64,000 bases of DNA, taken from NCBI GenBank assembly GCA_043228905.1, contig JBHGNT010000014.1, forward strand, positions 14,012,001 to 14,076,000, read 5' to 3'. The notes under the pieces were generated by a model. It worked only from the letters and a program-made list of their open reading frames with translations. It was not told the DNA's origin and ran no database searches. A program made the translations under genes and the position numbers. Each line of letters opens with the position of its first letter. Within the stretch, counting starts at the first letter, position 1. This stretch comes from Azolla caroliniana. Lineage: Eukaryota; Plantae; Polypodiophyta. Positions 20,169 through 33,413 of the stretch are shown piece after piece.

Positions 20169-23100
20169 TTACACATCCGTAGGTCCCTTCGGACCCTTAC
20201 CGTTTTCCTTACGGGTTGCCGTGCCTTCCTTCGCCTCTACTACAGGTTCCCCGTCGTCTTTTTCTTCCATCCGTACCGTTCCCGGTATAGTGCCGATGGG
20301 CTGCATAAACGGGTTATTTGGCATCGGTCCTTTATAGGGCTTTAGTCTAAATCCGTTGACCCACTTGCCTAGCACTTCACCGGCAAGTGTCCCTAACTGA
20401 TAGGACCCGTTGTATTCCCGTGTCAGCCAATACGGGCCTATCCATCTGAACCGGAGTTTACCCGGCATCTTGCCCATCCTTGTTTGGAATACTAGCACCG
20501 GCTTTCCGATTTCAAACATCTTCTCATTACCTTTCCGGTGACGGTCAACGAACGCTTTCCGTCGTCGTTGCTCCAGTTCCATGTGTAGGATGCTGGCCAG
20601 CCGTTGCTCCTCCAGTTCGCATAGTGCTGCTAGCCGCATTTCCTCCGACTCCTTTTCATTCAGCCGTTCCCGTAGTTGGATCTGTAAGCTTGGTACCTGA
20701 AATTCCACCGGCATGACCGCCTCTAAGCCGAACGCTAACCGGAACGGCGTTGTCCGGATACTTGTTTTGTATGCCGTCCGGTACGCCCATAGCGCGCTAT
20801 GGAGCTTTGTATCCCAGTCCGTCCGGTTTTCATTGACGATTTTGCGGAGAATGTTCTGCAGCGTTTTGTTGGTGGACTCTGCTAACCCGTTCGCTTGTGG
20901 GTAGTACGGTGTGCTCCGTTTATGGACCACGGCATAGAACGTTGTTAAGCTTTCAACTACCTGGCCGAGGAAGTGCCCTCCTTGGTCGTTGATTAATTCA
21001 ATCGGACATCCATATCGGCACCAAATGTTCTCGTACAGGAATTTTGTTGTGGATGACGCGGTGTTGTCTCTCAAGGCCTTAGCCTCCACCCATTTAGTGC
21101 AATAATCTGTTGCCACGATGACATAACGATTACCTGTTCTCATTGCCGGTGGCTTGAACGGTCCGACAAAATCCAACCCCCACTTCTGGAATGACTCTAG
21201 TGGAAGTACCGGTTGGTGTGGCATCCGTGCTTGCTACGTAGGCTGGCCCATTCGTTGGCATAGGTCGCATTCCTTAGCATACTTGACGGCGTCTTTTAAC
21301 GTCGTGGGCCACCATAAGCCGCTCTGCCATACTTTCCTTGCCGTCGCTTCCCCGGCATAGTGTCCTCTGGCAACCCCACAGTGTGCTTCCCGTAAGATTA
21401 CTTGTTTCTCGTCACTACGGACTGCCCGTCTCCATATTCCATCTGCTCCCTTGTGGTAGAGAGTGTCCCGTAACAGACAGAAATTGCGGCTCTGCACCGC
21501 CAGTCGTTTCCTCTCGTCCCGGTTCATTTCCTCCGGTGGCAGGCCCGTGCTTAGGAATTGGTGCATGTTTGTCAGCCACCTATCTTCTGATGCCACCGTG
21601 TTGTCCGCTGCCGTTTCCGGGGTGATACGGAATAACTCTGCGTCCGGGAATTCATCCGATACTCCGTCGCCTGATTCTCCGAACTCTAACCGGCTCAGGT
21701 AGTCTGCTACGGCATGCTGGATACCGAGCCGGTGGAAGATCTCGAATTCGAACTCCTGCAACAGCAAGGTCCAACGGGCCAACTTATCGGTCAGGGACGC
21801 CTTGGACACTAAGTACAGGAGCGCCGAGTGATCCACATGAAAGGAGAACTTCCTTCCCAATAGGTAATGACGAAACTTTGTGACACTGTAGATCATGCCC
21901 AGGGCCTCCCGTTCCGTCGTCGAATAGTTCTTCTCCGCTTGGGACAGCTTCCGGCTGGCGTAATATACCGGCCGGTACCATTTAGGCTCCGTAAGTTGCA
22001 TTAAGGCGCTGCCGATAGCGATGTCGGAAGCGTCAACGAACACATGAAATTCCTTGCTCCAATCCGGAGGCTGCACGACGGGTGCTTGCGACAAAAGTAC
22101 CTTCAGGGCATTGTATGCCTTATCCTCCGTATCCGTCCATTGGAACGGTGTCCGATGTACCGCGGTGTGTAATGGTGTAGCCAAGTCAGCCAAGTGACGG
22201 AGCATCCGGCTGTGCCACCGGATCTGTCCTAAGAATCGGCTTAGTGCTTTGGCCGTTTTCGGCGCCGGTGCCCCTAGTATCGCGTTTACTTTGTCCGGGT
22301 CGACCGCAATGCCCTCCTTACTTACAATGTGTCCCAGTAAGATTCCACTTGACACCCCAAAGACGCATTTTGCTGGGTTTAAGCTTAGCCGGTATAACCT
22401 ACACTTTTCAAGGCATAACCGTAGGTGCTGCAAATGGTCTTTTTCCCGGCTATAGACTGCAAAGTTATCCAGGAAAACCTGCATGAAGGCTGGAATGTAT
22501 TCGCCGAAGATCTCCATGATGATTCGCTGGAAAGTTGTTGGTGCCGTTTTTAGTCCGAACATCATTACTACGGCCACAAACACCCCCCATTCGGTGACGA
22601 ACGCTGTCTTCTCCTGGTCGTCAGGGTGCATCCGGATTTGATTGTATCCGCTGAACCCGTCTAAAAAGCTATAAACTTCATGGCCTGCAACGACATCGAG
22701 TACTCCATCCGTGAACGGAAGAGGGAATGCATCCGTAATTGTGGCTGCATTTAGTTTCCTGTAATCTACACACACGCGGATTTTACCGTTCTTCTTTGGG
22801 ACGACGACGATGGGGCTCAGCCACGTCGCTTTCTTTACCGGCCGGATGAAGCCCACTTTTAGGAGTTTGTCGATTTCCTCCTTCACTTTGGCGGCGTAGT
22901 TGGGGTTCATTCGGTAACGTCTTTGCGCCACTGGTTTCGCGTCCTTGCCTAAGTGGATCTGGTGCTGATATAATTGAGGGTCCAGCCCTCGCATGTCTTC
23001 GTATGACCAGGCGAATACGTCGCGAAACTCCGTGAGAAGTTTGATCATCGCCGCTTTATCTTCCGGCTTCATTTCTTTGGCGATGTGTACCGACTTTGAT

Positions 23101-25919
23101 TCGTCCTTACTTCCTAGGTTCACTTCGTCGAGCTGGGATGTTTTTACCCGTTAGGAAACGGCCATTTCCCGTTCCAACGCTTCCTGTGCTTGCCGTAATT
23201 CCTGAATCGAATCTTTGTCTGGTTCGGCTTCGGTTTCGTCCCGATGCGGCAAGTATGGCGCTACGGCTTCAGCTACGTCAATCTCGAAGAGTGGTATGAT
23301 CTTCGGGTGTTCCTCCAAGTACTGGGCTTCTTCGTCGTCTGCCAACCCTTCAAGCATGTTCACGCATTCCGCATATAGCGGTGTGCATTCCTTACCGTTG
23401 CTCGTCCGTGGTTGTGTCGGTACCCGGACCTTGGCTTTTCCGCGCCGGAAGGTAATCATATTTTTCCGCCAATTTTGCTTGATGTGTGCTGTTTTCAACC
23501 ATGGTCTGCCCAGCAACAGTGGGTACGCGCCTTGCGCCTGTAGTTGCAGCACTACAGCCGAGATGTGAAATGTGTGACCTCCTATGGTGACTTCCAATTT
23601 CCGTATTATGCCCGTCGGCCGTACAGAGCTCGTATCCGCCATTCATAGCCAGAACAGACATGGCTCCCATTCATGTATACCCAAGGCATCACACGTGTGG
23701 AGGCTTATTACGTTCACCCCGGAACCTCCATCGATTACTGTGCCGGGAAGTTCGTGCCCTTTGACAATAGCTGTAATCACCGGACTACTAGTGTCCACCA
23801 CCGTCGGTCCCTCCTCCGGATTCGAGAAGAGGACTGGTGCCGGTGGGGCTCTACCGTCTGTCATGACCGTTTTTAGTCCTTCCGTAAATCGCGGCACGAG
23901 CTGCAAGAGTCTTCCTAATGGCAACGTGATCTGACATTCTTGCAGTGCTTGCCATGTCTCGTTTTCTGCGTGGCTACCGCCGGCACTCCCTATGGTATTC
24001 GCCTTTTGCCGTTCCGCGTCCGCGACGTTCCTTTCATTGGCTTCCTTTACCCATTCCGTCGCCTGTTTTCGTATGGCCTCTTGTGTTTCCCACTCTTTGG
24101 CCATGCCTTTCGACCGTGTGGTTACTTGCTGTACGTCCGCCACTTCCGGAACCACCATATTAACTGCTGGTCGTTTATCGTAGCTCTTTGCCGGGCACTG
24201 GTTACTGTAGTGGCCTTCCTGCTTGCAGTAGTAGCAGTACTCTTTACGGGTATTGCTGGATTCAGCATTGCTGGTAGCCGGAGTCGGTCCCGTAGTGAGT
24301 GGTGCGTTCTGTGCCGGTTGGCTCCTTGGGGTTCCATGTTCCGGGTCCCTAGGGTGACCACCTTTCTTGAAATTACGTTTCTTATTATTCTTATTTTTAT
24401 TTCGGTAGTCCTGTCCTGGTGGATCGTAAAATCGGCCGTAGTCCTCCTGGTGCCTTCGGTAACCAGGGGAATGGTCTCTGTCGTATTGCTCGTGTCGTCT
24501 GTTGGACTCCCGATAACGGTCCGATCGCTCATACCGGTCGTAGTTATCATGCCGATCCCCGTACCGGCCATCATTCTCTTGTCTGTCTCCGTACCGGACA
24601 TCCTGTGCCGGTCGGTACCGGTTCATTCTTTGCCAACGATCTTCATCTTCGTCTCGGCTGCTTCTTGGCTCGATCCGTCGGACGGGTGGTGCTTGTCGGT
24701 TTAGCAGGTTATACTCGCACCGGTCCGTTGTATGACTCTTGGATTGACAAATCACACACTGGGTTCGCATGGTGCACTCCACTGCCGAGTGTCCGGCATT
24801 CAAGCAGATTGTGCATTGAATTGCCTGCCGGAACCGGAGATCTTCATCTGTGGGTAATGCCCGTTGCAGTGCTCCCAGTGTAAGCCATGAGCTTGACTTT
24901 TCCATTTCTTTGACCCGGTCAATGACCTGGTCAATGGTGCTTCCTCGAAAGTCGATCACCGTACACACCGTGCGTAACGGTTCCCGAAGTGCGCTTAAAA
25001 ATATCGTCCGTAATTCCTCCTCCGGGGGTGCACGGGCAAGCTGGCTATGCATTCGTTGGAAACGGATGACGAATTGGGGAATGCTTTCCCCTGCCTCCTG
25101 TCGGATCGTATAAAACAGGCCCACCATTGTCGTCTGGTCGACCTCCTTGTGGAAAAAATGCAAGAATTTTGCTTTTATTTCTGCAAAGGTTGTGATGGTC
25201 GTCGGGTCCTGCGTCCGCCGCCATCGTGTCGCTGGTCCTTCCAACGTGACCCCGAATTCCGCTATCTTCGAGCGTTCTTCTTCCTCCGCTGTCATTCGTT
25301 GGGACGTGTGATTTGCTTCCCATGTCTGCTCGAAGGCATGAACATGCGCTTCCGCGTCCGGATCATCGCGATACTTTGAGTATTGGAACGGCATGTCGTC
25401 GTCCAGTATTAGGCCGCGGTTTAGTGGCGTTTGTTGATATCTTTCCGGTTTTCTCTCCGGTTCCACTTCCGGTTCTTTTGCCGGTGCTTTTTCCGGTTCT
25501 TTTTCCGGTTCCTTCACCGGCTCTTCTTCCGGTACCTTCGCCGGCTCTTTCGTTGGTGTCGGTGGCTTTGCTTCTTCCACTTCCGGTGTTGGTGGGTTGA
25601 CGGCTTCCGTTTGCGGTTCCGGATAGCCCTGGTCGAACGGTTCCGGTTCTGGAGTCGGCACGGTATCCGACCCGTCGTCCTCCGGGCCGTCGGGGGTATC
25701 GTTGCTGCTCCGGTAGTTCGTGTGCACGCTGCCTCCGTCGTCCTGGTCGAGAGTTTGCTGTAACCGAAGAGATTCCTCCGCGACTCTCCGGATCTCGTTG
25801 GAGAACGAACGATCCGAGCGAATTTCGTGTGCTGCTTGCTGGAAAGTCTCACGCCGTCTTTGCCGTTCGGCGAGGCGTCGAGCTCGGTCTGTAACCAGGT
25901 CGTGCGTTGGTCTCGTCAT
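20169..25919 (-). pseudogene. E gag-PR-RT-RH-INT in a single reading frame with 3 nonsense mutations
   Basis: ORFs 23643..25919, 23151..23642, 21234..23123 and 20169..21224 share one frame. Motifs CYYCKQEGHYSNQC, VIDGGSGVN, FLDNFAVY (catalytic D to N), VDASD, YYPQANGLAE. Confidence 0.95.
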
Positions 25920-25956
25920 CCATTAAGCCGTCGTTCGCTGCGAGAAAGCAAGAATC

Positions 25957-25966
25957 GTGGTCGCCA
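25957..25966 (-). promoter_or_regulatory. PBS of E, tRNA-Arg(TCG)-type
   Basis: TGGCGACCAC, 6 nt inside the 5' LTR; tRNA assignment from recalled sequence. Confidence 0.65.
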
Positions 25967-25972
25967 AAACTG

Positions 25973-26390
25973 TGTTATTCTCTGACCGGATAAGGCCTAA
26001 CACAAGGTGTCACGGAGACACTTCTCCAAAGGGTGATTACGGCATAGGATTAAGACTCAACGATTACACCGACTTACGTAGGTTACACGATTAGAGCGCT
26101 TTTGTTAATTACACGCGTAAGATATAACAGTAATTACAGAACGGAATCAACACAGAAGTATAAAAACCATAAGCTCTATTAATTATCCGCTGCGATTACA
26201 ATGGGGTCCGGGCCTTTAAATAGGTTTCCGGCCCGTAGTACAAAACGGTGCCTATCGCACCTATTCGGGATCCGTCCGGATCTGGAACGGCATACCGTTT
26301 CCAGTCCGTCCGTCCACACTATGCTTATTTACAACCATACTTAATTAATTCCTTCACTCCGTATTTTGGACTCCTTGCCGGCCGGTAACA
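25973..26390 (-). repeat. E 5' LTR
   Basis: Direct repeat; TATTTAAA on the minus strand. Confidence 0.97.
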
Positions 26391-26395
26391 GTCAG

Positions 26396-27415
26396 ATGCA
26401 CTCCATAGTCCGACATCAGGACGAGCTTCACCCTACGTACCCTACGTACCCTCCGACCATCCACTTCAAATGGATGGTAGATCTGGTGACGATGCCGATG
26501 GGAGTAGGACAGATGCGGTATCTGGTCCTGGCTCGGGAAGATCTGACGAACCAGGTTGAAGGCCGGGCCCTTCAGAACAAAACGACCGCGGCCGTATGTC
26601 GGTTCCTTATTGAGGACGTGATATGCCGGTATGGGTGCGTCGGGAAGATCGTGGCTGACCGCGGGGAGTTGGACGCCGAAGAGGCCGAGGAGTTGTTCGA
26701 CCGGCTAGGAGTCAAGCTCTCGCTTACCACTGCGTACAATCCGGAGGCGAATGGAAAGGTGGAGCGCGGGCACGGACCGATCCTCAAGGCGTTAGTTCGG
26801 GCATGCGGAGGTCAAGTCGGGAACTGGCCGCGGCTGCTGCCTTACGCGTTGTGGGCGGACCGAACTATGCACAGTTCGGCAACCGGATTCATGCCTGCAG
26901 AACTCATGTTTGGGCAGAAGCCGGTCATGCCGATGGAACGCACGATCTCCTCGTGGGCAACCGTGGACTGGAGAGGCGAGATGAGCCGGGAGGAACTGCT
27001 GGCGGCGCGTATACGACAGCTCGAGCGAAGACCGGAGGACGTGGAGCAGGCTGCGGAAAAGCTTCGGGAAGCAAGGATGAGGAACAAAGCCCGGTTCGAT
27101 CGAACGCACCGGCTCCGACCGAAGAAGGTCGAGGAAGGCGACTGGGTGCTAGTCTACGACAGCAGCCTTGACAACCAGCACCGAGCGACATGGAAGTTCG
27201 CAAGAAGGTGGTTCGGGCCTTACGTGGTACAAAGCGCCAACGACAACGGGACGTACCATCTGGCGGAACTCGACGGTACGAGAATGGCGATACCGATAGC
27301 GGGGAAGCGGATCAAAGCGTTCAAGAAGCGTCACGACGACAAGCCGGATCCGGTTGAACTGGACCGCGACGATGAACGATCCGAAACCGAGGAAGAACCG
27401 ACGGGCGGGGAATGA
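26396..27415 (+). pseudogene. C integrase core and C-terminus
   Basis: WMVDLV, IVADRGE, YNPEANGKVER, WFGPYVV. Confidence 0.93.
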
Positions 27416-27488
27416 AGGCTGGACAGGTTTTCTCCGTCCCAACTCAATTTGGCGCATGCCGGTGGATGCGTGGTTAGGTGGGGGCGGA

Positions 27489-28088
27489 TGTCGTGAAGAA
27501 AACCGTCCACAAGCGGAATCGGTGCACAGGAGCGTAGGAACCGGCTCTTCTCGAATGTTGTCCATAGAAGATCCTAGGCGGGTAGATTTAGTGGGTAGGA
27601 AGTAAAGGGGAAACGGCTCCTTCCTTGTCTATAAAAAGGAAGCAGACGAGAACAGAAAGGGGATCGCGGAGAGTCGAGGACGAAGTGCTGTCGGTTTGCG
27701 TGCGAAGGCTTCTCTCTCTCTCTCTCTCTGGTTCGCAAACTCCATAGCTCCCTTCTGTGCAGGTTTCGGGAGGCTCGCGCTGTCCAACCTGCTCCTGTCT
27801 TTCTGTGCGTTTACGAACAGGCATCGGCATCTGTTCGCCGGCCTGTTCGGTTGTAACCGACTTCGTGTTTTTGTTGCTCCCATGTTCTTGTTGTTGTCTT
27901 TGTTAATACATACATACATTCGTGTCTCTCTGAGTCGCTGTCCCACTCGCGTCTTTGTGTCGAAGGGCCGTGTCCCTGTGAATCTACGCTCGCACGTAGT
28001 GGGTCTCTTGTCTTTTCTCTCTTGCTCTTCGGTACAGGACCCCTGAGATCCCGCCTCATTCCACGCATCCGCGAGGAATACCTCGACA
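27489..28088 (+). repeat. C 3' LTR (600 bp)
   Basis: PPT GGTGGGGGCGGA followed by TGTCG..TCGACA; TATAAAA at ~27630; (CT)n tract; G gag resumes after ACGT. Confidence 0.85.
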
Positions 28089-28092
28089 ACGT

Positions 28093-29550
28093 GTGTAACA
28101 ACGCGACATATTTGACGATGTTACCTCGGTTGCCGCATCCTTACGCACGCGATCAACTTTGGCCTCATTGGCTTTGTCTATCGAGGCTTTTGCAGCTTTT
28201 CTTATTTCATCTTGCACTTTCCACTCAGCTATCTTCGACTGGATACGGGTGGTCACCTGTTGTACTTCTGTTGTGATCATATTCGCCCTTGGTCCCTTGC
28301 CCTTATTGCATCATGGGCACTGACTCATGTAATGTCCTTGTTGTGGACAAATAAAACAATGTAGATTGGACTCACCTTTTTCTACTGTGGGTTGAGCCAT
28401 GGGCTCGGATGGTGGCGCAGGCTCATCGCGAGGTCACTGTTGATACTGATATTATTCTGGTGACGCGTTGGTCATCCTCCAAACTGTCGTTGCGGGACTA
28501 CTAGTTATGGGGCTCTCTGTCACCTCCATACATTCGTGATTTGGCCTACCCGCCTCAATTATTCGTGGAGCATTGATTCTTGTAGCGCCGCCCTTCGCGG
28601 TTGTTATACCGGTCATTACGACGATAGGCCTCTTTCTCTTGATCTTCATCATCCTAATATTCATCATCATCTCGGCTATTAGGGTCATTTCCATCATTAC
28701 GACGATTCCAATCCACGTTCCAATAACACTCCTCCTATCAAATTTGGTCATTGGGTTGTTGATTGTTACGATGCAATTTGATACACCGAACTGGTACCGA
28801 GGGTTGATTCAAAAGGTTGTACTTGCATTGGTTGAGAGTGGCAAATAGGGTACTGAGGCCAAATGTGGCAATTCAATGCCGAGTGTCCTGGGTTAAGGCA
28901 GATTATGCATTGAATGGCATATTGGAAACGATACTCGTTGTCCCGTGGTAATGCCTGTTGTAAGGATGTCATGGGCATTCCTTTGTCAATGTCTTCCAGC
29001 TCCAGCCGAAGAACCTGGTCTATGACTGTGTCTGTTGTTTGGCCCGTAAAATCGAGCATACCTAGAGTCGTTCAGATGGGCTCGCGCAACTTGGCGAGAA
29101 AGGTTTCCTTAGCCTCCTCCTCAGTAGGTGCCCGTGTAAGCTAGCTTCTTAAGGTCTGGAATCGGATTACGAAATTGGTGACAGATTCCTGATTGAACTA
29201 CCGGATAAAGTAGAACTGACCAATAATTTCGCATTGTGGAACACTTCGGTGAAACAATCGAAGGAACGTCGTGCGGAGCTGGTCGAACGTCGTGAAAGTC
29301 GAGAGATCGAGCTGTGAATGCAACCATGCTACTCGTGCGTCCAGAGTGAGCCAAAACGTTGGCGTGGGCTTCTAGGAGCCGTTGCGACATATGCTTCACG
29401 TTCCAAATGTTAAGGAAATATCGTGTGTGAGTCTCGGCATCGGGTTCACCGTTGTAACGGGGATAAGAGAAGTTCATGGTGGCGCACGCATATCGTTCGA
29501 CGTTGTTGTAAGCAGGCTCGGTCAGAAGCGTTGGGAGGTTTGTGTCACAA
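28093..29550 (-). pseudogene. Element G: decayed gag (Arg-primed family), interrupted by C and F
   Basis: YNGEPDAETH, IQCIICLNPGHSALNC and EVQQVTTR match E gag; several frameshifts. Confidence 0.85.
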
Positions 29551-29555
29551 GTGCT

Positions 29556-29996
29556 TGTTGCCGATTAGGAACACGGTCCGCGGTCAGTCCTTCGACCTAG
29601 ACCTCAAAGTGGGTGTGGAACAACGAACAGGTGTTTCAAGCGTAATGTGTAGGGGAAGAATCCCTGTAACCTATCAACGTATAAGGGAGACGGCTACAAC
29701 CGAATCCCTATCAAGGGTTACACTTCCGTACTTAAATGCTTAGGTATTCAAGACACACACAGTGAATTAGCCGTAGCTATACACAGGAAATCAGAGAAGA
29801 TAGAATTCTATTATCAAGCGTTTCTTTACATTCCCAAAATTACACGCACCCTCTATCAGAGGTTTTCTGCCCTTTATATACGCAGGGTCTATTTAGTCAT
29901 TCACGCTTCCTGCGTGAACCATTACATGCGTTATGCTCCTATATTATTTCCTATTCCTACGCTTTTGTCCGTCGGTTACTATTCCGGCGGACAACA
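29556..29996 (-). repeat. F 3' LTR
   Basis: TGTTG..CAACA. Confidence 0.95.
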
Positions 29997-29998
29997 CC

Positions 29999-30037
29999 TG
30001 GCATGCCTGTGGGACAATGCCCTGGCATGTCGGACCC
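29999..30037 (-). other. tRNA-Arg 3'-end-like module at the PPT position in F
   Basis: Element sense reads GGGTCCGA-CATGCCAGGGCATT-GTCCCACAGGCATGCCA-GG-LTR. Confidence 0.72.
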
Positions 30038-30154
30038 ATCCCGTTAATCCTCTTCCAAAATGGCCCGGATGTTTGGCTCTCCTGCGGTGTCCGCGTCTGT
30101 ACGTGACGTAGGGCCCGTAGGTGCATCGTGGTGTGGCTCCCTTGCTTGCTCGGG

Positions 30155-32990
30155 CTAGTTTCTCCCGGAGTCGCCGTCGTCATGTGTGGGCGGTCCGGGT
30201 ACAGTGGACTCTTCTTGAGGTAGTGGGTTGGGCTCCGCTGTTGTCGTGCTTGCAGTTGACTGCGGCTCTGCCTCTATTGTTGCATCCTTCGTAGTGTCGA
30301 CCGTTTTTGTACGTTTCGGGGAGTGGGGCGGAGATTCCGCCTGGCCCGCACCGTTCTTCGTGTGGTCTGATGATAGTGTGGGCTCGTGCGGATGAACCTC
30401 TTGTTGTGCAGTGGTTTCGTTGTCTGGTCCTGTGGGGAACTCCGCTTGTCGGTCCCCGCTATTCTGCATCGTTGTCATTTCTAGTGATCGGGACTGAGGT
30501 TCCTCTTCTTCGGCTGTGCCCAGAATTGGCGTCGCGCGAGATTCCTGCGTGTTGCCGGCTTGTGTGATCTGGTGAAATAGCTCCTCATCGCTTTCACCAA
30601 AATCATCTAAGAGCTGTGCGAGTTCTTCGGAATGTTGGTCCGCTAGCGCACGATAGTCTTGCGCTAGGTCCTCCGGTATGGCCACAATGCTCTCCTCATT
30701 TAGTTTATAGAAACCTCGACCGTCTTTTCGCCGGTTCTCCCAGTCCACACGATACGCATACAATTCCGCTGCTTGGGTTGCCCACACCATCCATCCTTTG
30801 TCCAGCGCCGTTTTCAATTGCGTTGTGAACCTCTCCTGATTTGTTTGGAGAAGGATACACACGTTATCTGTGATGGCCTGGCAACGGTTGCGTGCGTCTT
30901 CCATCGACTTCTGGAGATTTGCGATTTCTTGTTGTTTAACCGTTGCCGCTTCCTCGTACGTGGCCTTCAGGCCCTCCCAGAGTTGGGATTTCTTTGCATG
31001 TTGTTCTTCTAATTTCCCCATTTCATTGTTTAGGCGGATTTTGAGCTGATGCCTTCTGTCTTGTTCGACCACCAACTGCTCGTTGAACCATGCCTTCTTT
31101 TTTTCTAATAAGGCCCGAAGTCCCGCTATTGCCGCCTCTGATTTCTTCGTGTCCTCCCGTAATTGGGCGTTGTCATCTTTTGTCTGGATGTGCTGAGCTA
31201 CCTCCGTAGTGAGTTTCTCTTCAAGGATTTTTACTGCCTTCCAACCGTTAGCCTGTTTCTCCTTTTCTCTGTCTGAGGATTGGCGTAGTTCTGCTCGAAG
31301 GCGATGAATTTCTGATTCCGCTAGTTGCACAACGCTTTTCGCTTTTGAGGCGATGGCGGTCTGAGCCTCTATTGCTTCTTTTAGAGCGTCGATGGCATGG
31401 TTCGGAGGCAGGGTTGTGTGTTGCGCCGTAGTCACGTGAGCTTCCAACTCCGCGACGCGTGCGTTGGCTTTTTGTAGTTTGACTTGGGTCAGTTTAACCT
31501 TCTTCCAGACATTCTTATTTTTTATGGCCATCTCCTTGGCGCCCGTGCTGACCTTTGCCAGTTCCTGATGGACTTCGACTAGGGCCGTGTTTAATGGGGG
31601 TATCTCCATCCCCACTCGGCGTACCCTGACGTTCCTCTGTCTGCCGACCCTGGCTAGCCGGTCCTCATCGTAGCTCTCCGTTGTTTGTGTTAGGGCGCGC
31701 TCGATCATCTGGCGTTCCGCATGCTCTTTGGCCATTCGTTGGGCGGCTTTTACCTGTTGTGTTGCCAGGAACTCCATGAGCTCAAAAGAAGTACTGAACT
31801 GCAAGACGACGCTGAGCTCGTGGGCCGTATCCGGGATATCCGGATATGCCAAAACCTCGCTTTCCGCCGTCAATACGGCTTTCCCTCGTTGGGACTGGGT
31901 CGTAATGACCGGCCGTGGCTCCCGGATGATTTCGAAGCTGGTATTGGGTTCCGTAGCTGCGGAGCCATTGCCTTCGGTCGCTATTTCTGTCAACGTGGGG
32001 GCGTTTTTGACCAGCCCCCGCCCATTTTCCTGTCCAATCTATGCCGTTTTGGTCTGGAGCTCTCTTGCCGTGTTTCAATGTCTTGCTCTGGGGCTACTTC
32101 CATGAAACGTGTCGGTTGTTCCTCCTGCGTTGTCCGTGTGTCCGGTTGGTCGATAGGAGGTGTTGTCCTTGGGTTTGGCTGGGCAGGCTGGGGTTCCTCT
32201 TCCCACTCTGGGGCCGATAACTCCGCTAACCTGCGCTTCGCGGATTGGGATGGGGGCGTGGGTCAGTTGGGTTGTGGTGCCGGCAGGCCTCGGGGTGGAA
32301 ATAGTACCGTAAGGTACTGTTGTATGATCGGCCTGAGCTTTTTGCCTACGTGGTACGCATGCAGGCCTTCCCTTAACGCCGGCCCTATGATGACCCCCCA
32401 GTCGACGACACACCCTTCAAAGGTATCGATAATAATGCTTGCCTTTTGCTTAGGCATCCCATATGCGTTGACATGTACGTAGCCGACTTCTAGCAGGAAC
32501 TTGGCAACTTCACGGAAGAAGGGATCCGGAATCTGCTTTGTTCTATAGGCCTTGGCGGAGGAGGAATATGGACCAAAATACCGCTGTTGCGCCTCTGCAG
32601 GAGGTATTTCGAAATGTCTTCGCCTAGTGAGGATAGGTCCAACTTCTTCCGGATGGAAGAGTTGGTGACCGTGTCGATGTTAAGATTCCTGGCGATGTCC
32701 ATGGCATCCGGGTGTGGAGGTGCTTCTGCGACCCAGATGTACCCATCCAGGCGTTTCTCCACGAGCCATCGGCATAGGGCAGTACAGATGAAGATCGGCA
32801 TCGCCAGAGTAGGTTCATGGGAAGGAGACGGGTGGTTGCGGTGGGTTGGAGCTCTGTGATAGGATGGGGGAGAAGGTGAGGGGGAGGAGCGATGGGGGCG
32901 CTGATAGCTAGAAGATGGGTTTCTGTTTTGTGCAGAAAATCTTCTGTTTCCTTCTATTTGTGGCTTAGGGTTCATTGGGCGGTGAGCCAT
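30155..32990 (-). pseudogene. Extra ORF of F (frameshifted)
   Basis: Pieces 32490..32990, 32263..32457 and 30155..31993 align to the E extra ORF (EAPPH, VDW, WATxAAEL..ENRRK). Confidence 0.85.
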
Positions 32991-33151
32991 CGTGGTGTTG
33001 CGTGTTTTTGAACTAGGAGTTTGTGCATGCCTTTAGTCGTTTTAATAGTCGTTATCTTCTCCTTTTTTTTTTCTTTTTTTTTTTTTCTTTTTTTTTTGCG
33101 TAACGATTATTTACCTATTTTTACATTATGATACAAGTGGGGCCGTCCATT

Positions 33152-33413
33152 TTACGCTGCAGGTTCTCCGGCTCTGTCCCGTTCGGCGGTGAATGGGTTA
33201 GGTGGCGTAGGGCCTAGGTAAGGTTTGAGCCGAAACCCATTCACCTTTTGCCGTACTATTTCTCCGGCCAGCGTACCTAGTTGGAATGTGCCTTGTTCCG
33301 CTCCAATTATCCAGTATGGGCCAGTCCTGCGGAATCGTAACTTCCCCGGCATATGGCCCATGCGCTTTTGGAAAACTAGCACCGCTCGACCCACGACGAA
33401 CTCCTTTTCCCTT
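33152..33413 (-). pseudogene. F integrase C-terminus
   Basis: VLVFQKRMGHMPGKLRFRRTGPYW; rejoins 36943 across D2. Confidence 0.9.

Larger units (their letters stand above)
16657..26390 (-). mobile_element. Element E: full-length Ty3/gypsy with extra 3' ORF
   Basis: 418-bp LTRs (4 differences by eye), TSD GTCAG (16652-16656 and 26391-26395), gag-pol plus extra ORF. Confidence 0.97.
6852..28088 (+). mobile_element. Element C: Ty3/gypsy of the Trp-primed family, split by D1 and E; 5' part outside the window
   Basis: Coding pieces 6852-7503, 13902-16656 and 26396-27415 rejoin (IRAATR|ATEELHG; TCESCQ|MHS). PPT at 27477-27488, 3' LTR at 27489-28088. Confidence 0.92.
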
